Source: Octopus bimaculoides (Eukaryota). Taken from it: 34,811 nucleotides of DNA. The stretch spans positions 55,095,214 through 55,130,024 of the forward strand of contig NC_068999.1 of the NCBI RefSeq assembly GCF_001194135.2. The letters run 5' to 3'. This document shows positions 33,791 through 34,811 of this stretch, in pieces. Position numbers and translations under genes: made by a program. Under the pieces are notes generated by a model, which made no database searches, was not told the origin of the DNA, and saw nothing but the letters and a program-made list of their open reading frames with translations. The stretch's first letter is position 1. Each line of letters starts with the position of its first letter.

Positions 33791-34811
33791 GATTTGTCAA
33801 AAATAATTTCGGTTACGAAAGATGACGCACGTAATAGGGAAGAGAGGAATGTCTATTTTGTAAAGCAATTTACAGAAGCTGTTGGTCATCCAGTTGTTTC
33901 TTTCTATTTTACACGAGGAAGTTCTGTGTGGAAAATAATGCTTCAAATATTTCGATGTAATGACATGTGACAAAGACGAAAATATTAATTTTTAACTGAA
34001 GTGAAAACCATTCACAGTGGTTTACTAATCAACAATAATGTGTGGTGGTTGGTTCTTGTCGAATATTTAAGTTATATGAAACTATTTATAGGCATGAAAA
34101 GCTTGAAGCATGATATTCTTCAGTTAAATTATTTTTCTTGGTTCAGTAAATTTAGGATTGTGAAAAATTCTCAGATCTAAATGATATAAAAACAAACAAG
34201 ACAAACAAAATAAGTAATTGCTGATAATGACTGCTAAAAAAGTATGTATGCATATATGTTTATGAATAAATTTATATCTATATTTACCTTTCATGTCTAC
34301 ATCCATGCATCCATCCATGAATCCATTCACTAAACCCCCTCTCTCTTTCTCTCTTTCTTTCTCTTTCTCATTTTCTCTCTCTCTCTCTCTCTCTCTTTCC
34401 CCTAATCATGTTATATTTTATGTTCTGTCTTACCCTTCTACTATTAGATTTTGAGCACAGTAGCTGTCTTATGCATCAGAGCTTTGCTTTCCACCAGCTT
34501 TCTCTTTAGTTGTTGGATGTAGGGTCAGCAATAAGAATGTCGGTGTTATGTTTCCCTCGGGTGACTCGTAGAGATAACATAACGAGTTATACAATTTAAT
34601 TATTACATTTATTGTTCAATTACATACAAAGGACGCACTCACCCAATGTTCGTTATGAATAAACAAAAGTCATGTCCGCCATATATATATCAATGACATT
34701 TTACTACGACAGTCCCACAAGACAACAACAATGAAACAATGAACTCAGACGAACCACATGACACACGGAACGTCAGACGAATTACATATCTAACAGTCCA
34801 TATAACAGTCG

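Overview
This is an AT-rich, repeat-saturated animal genomic window with eight N-gaps. The repeat repertoire (tRNA-headed SINEs, (TGA)n-tailed RTE ends, TA-flanked fold-backs) looks cephalopod, probably Octopus; this is an inference, not a lookup. Most of the window is transposon debris: mariner, DD37D/maT, hAT-Buster, two Gypsy 3' ends with LTR and PPT, RTE, Penelope, a long L1/Tx1-type LINE, MITEs and SINEs. Two things stand out. (1) A spliced minus-strand host gene that the ORF track shows only in pieces: exons 24071-23927, 21513-21475, 21185-21096 and 20872-20241 join by GT-AG phase-1 introns into a stop-free 301-aa multi-pass membrane protein, and a decayed duplicate of its first exon lies just upstream. 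(2) A well-formed minimal hammerhead ribozyme motif at 8544-8632, plus degenerate hammerhead cores, mostly inside TA-flanked fold-back elements near Penelope remnants. All calls come from reading by eye; no alignment, folding or database search was run.
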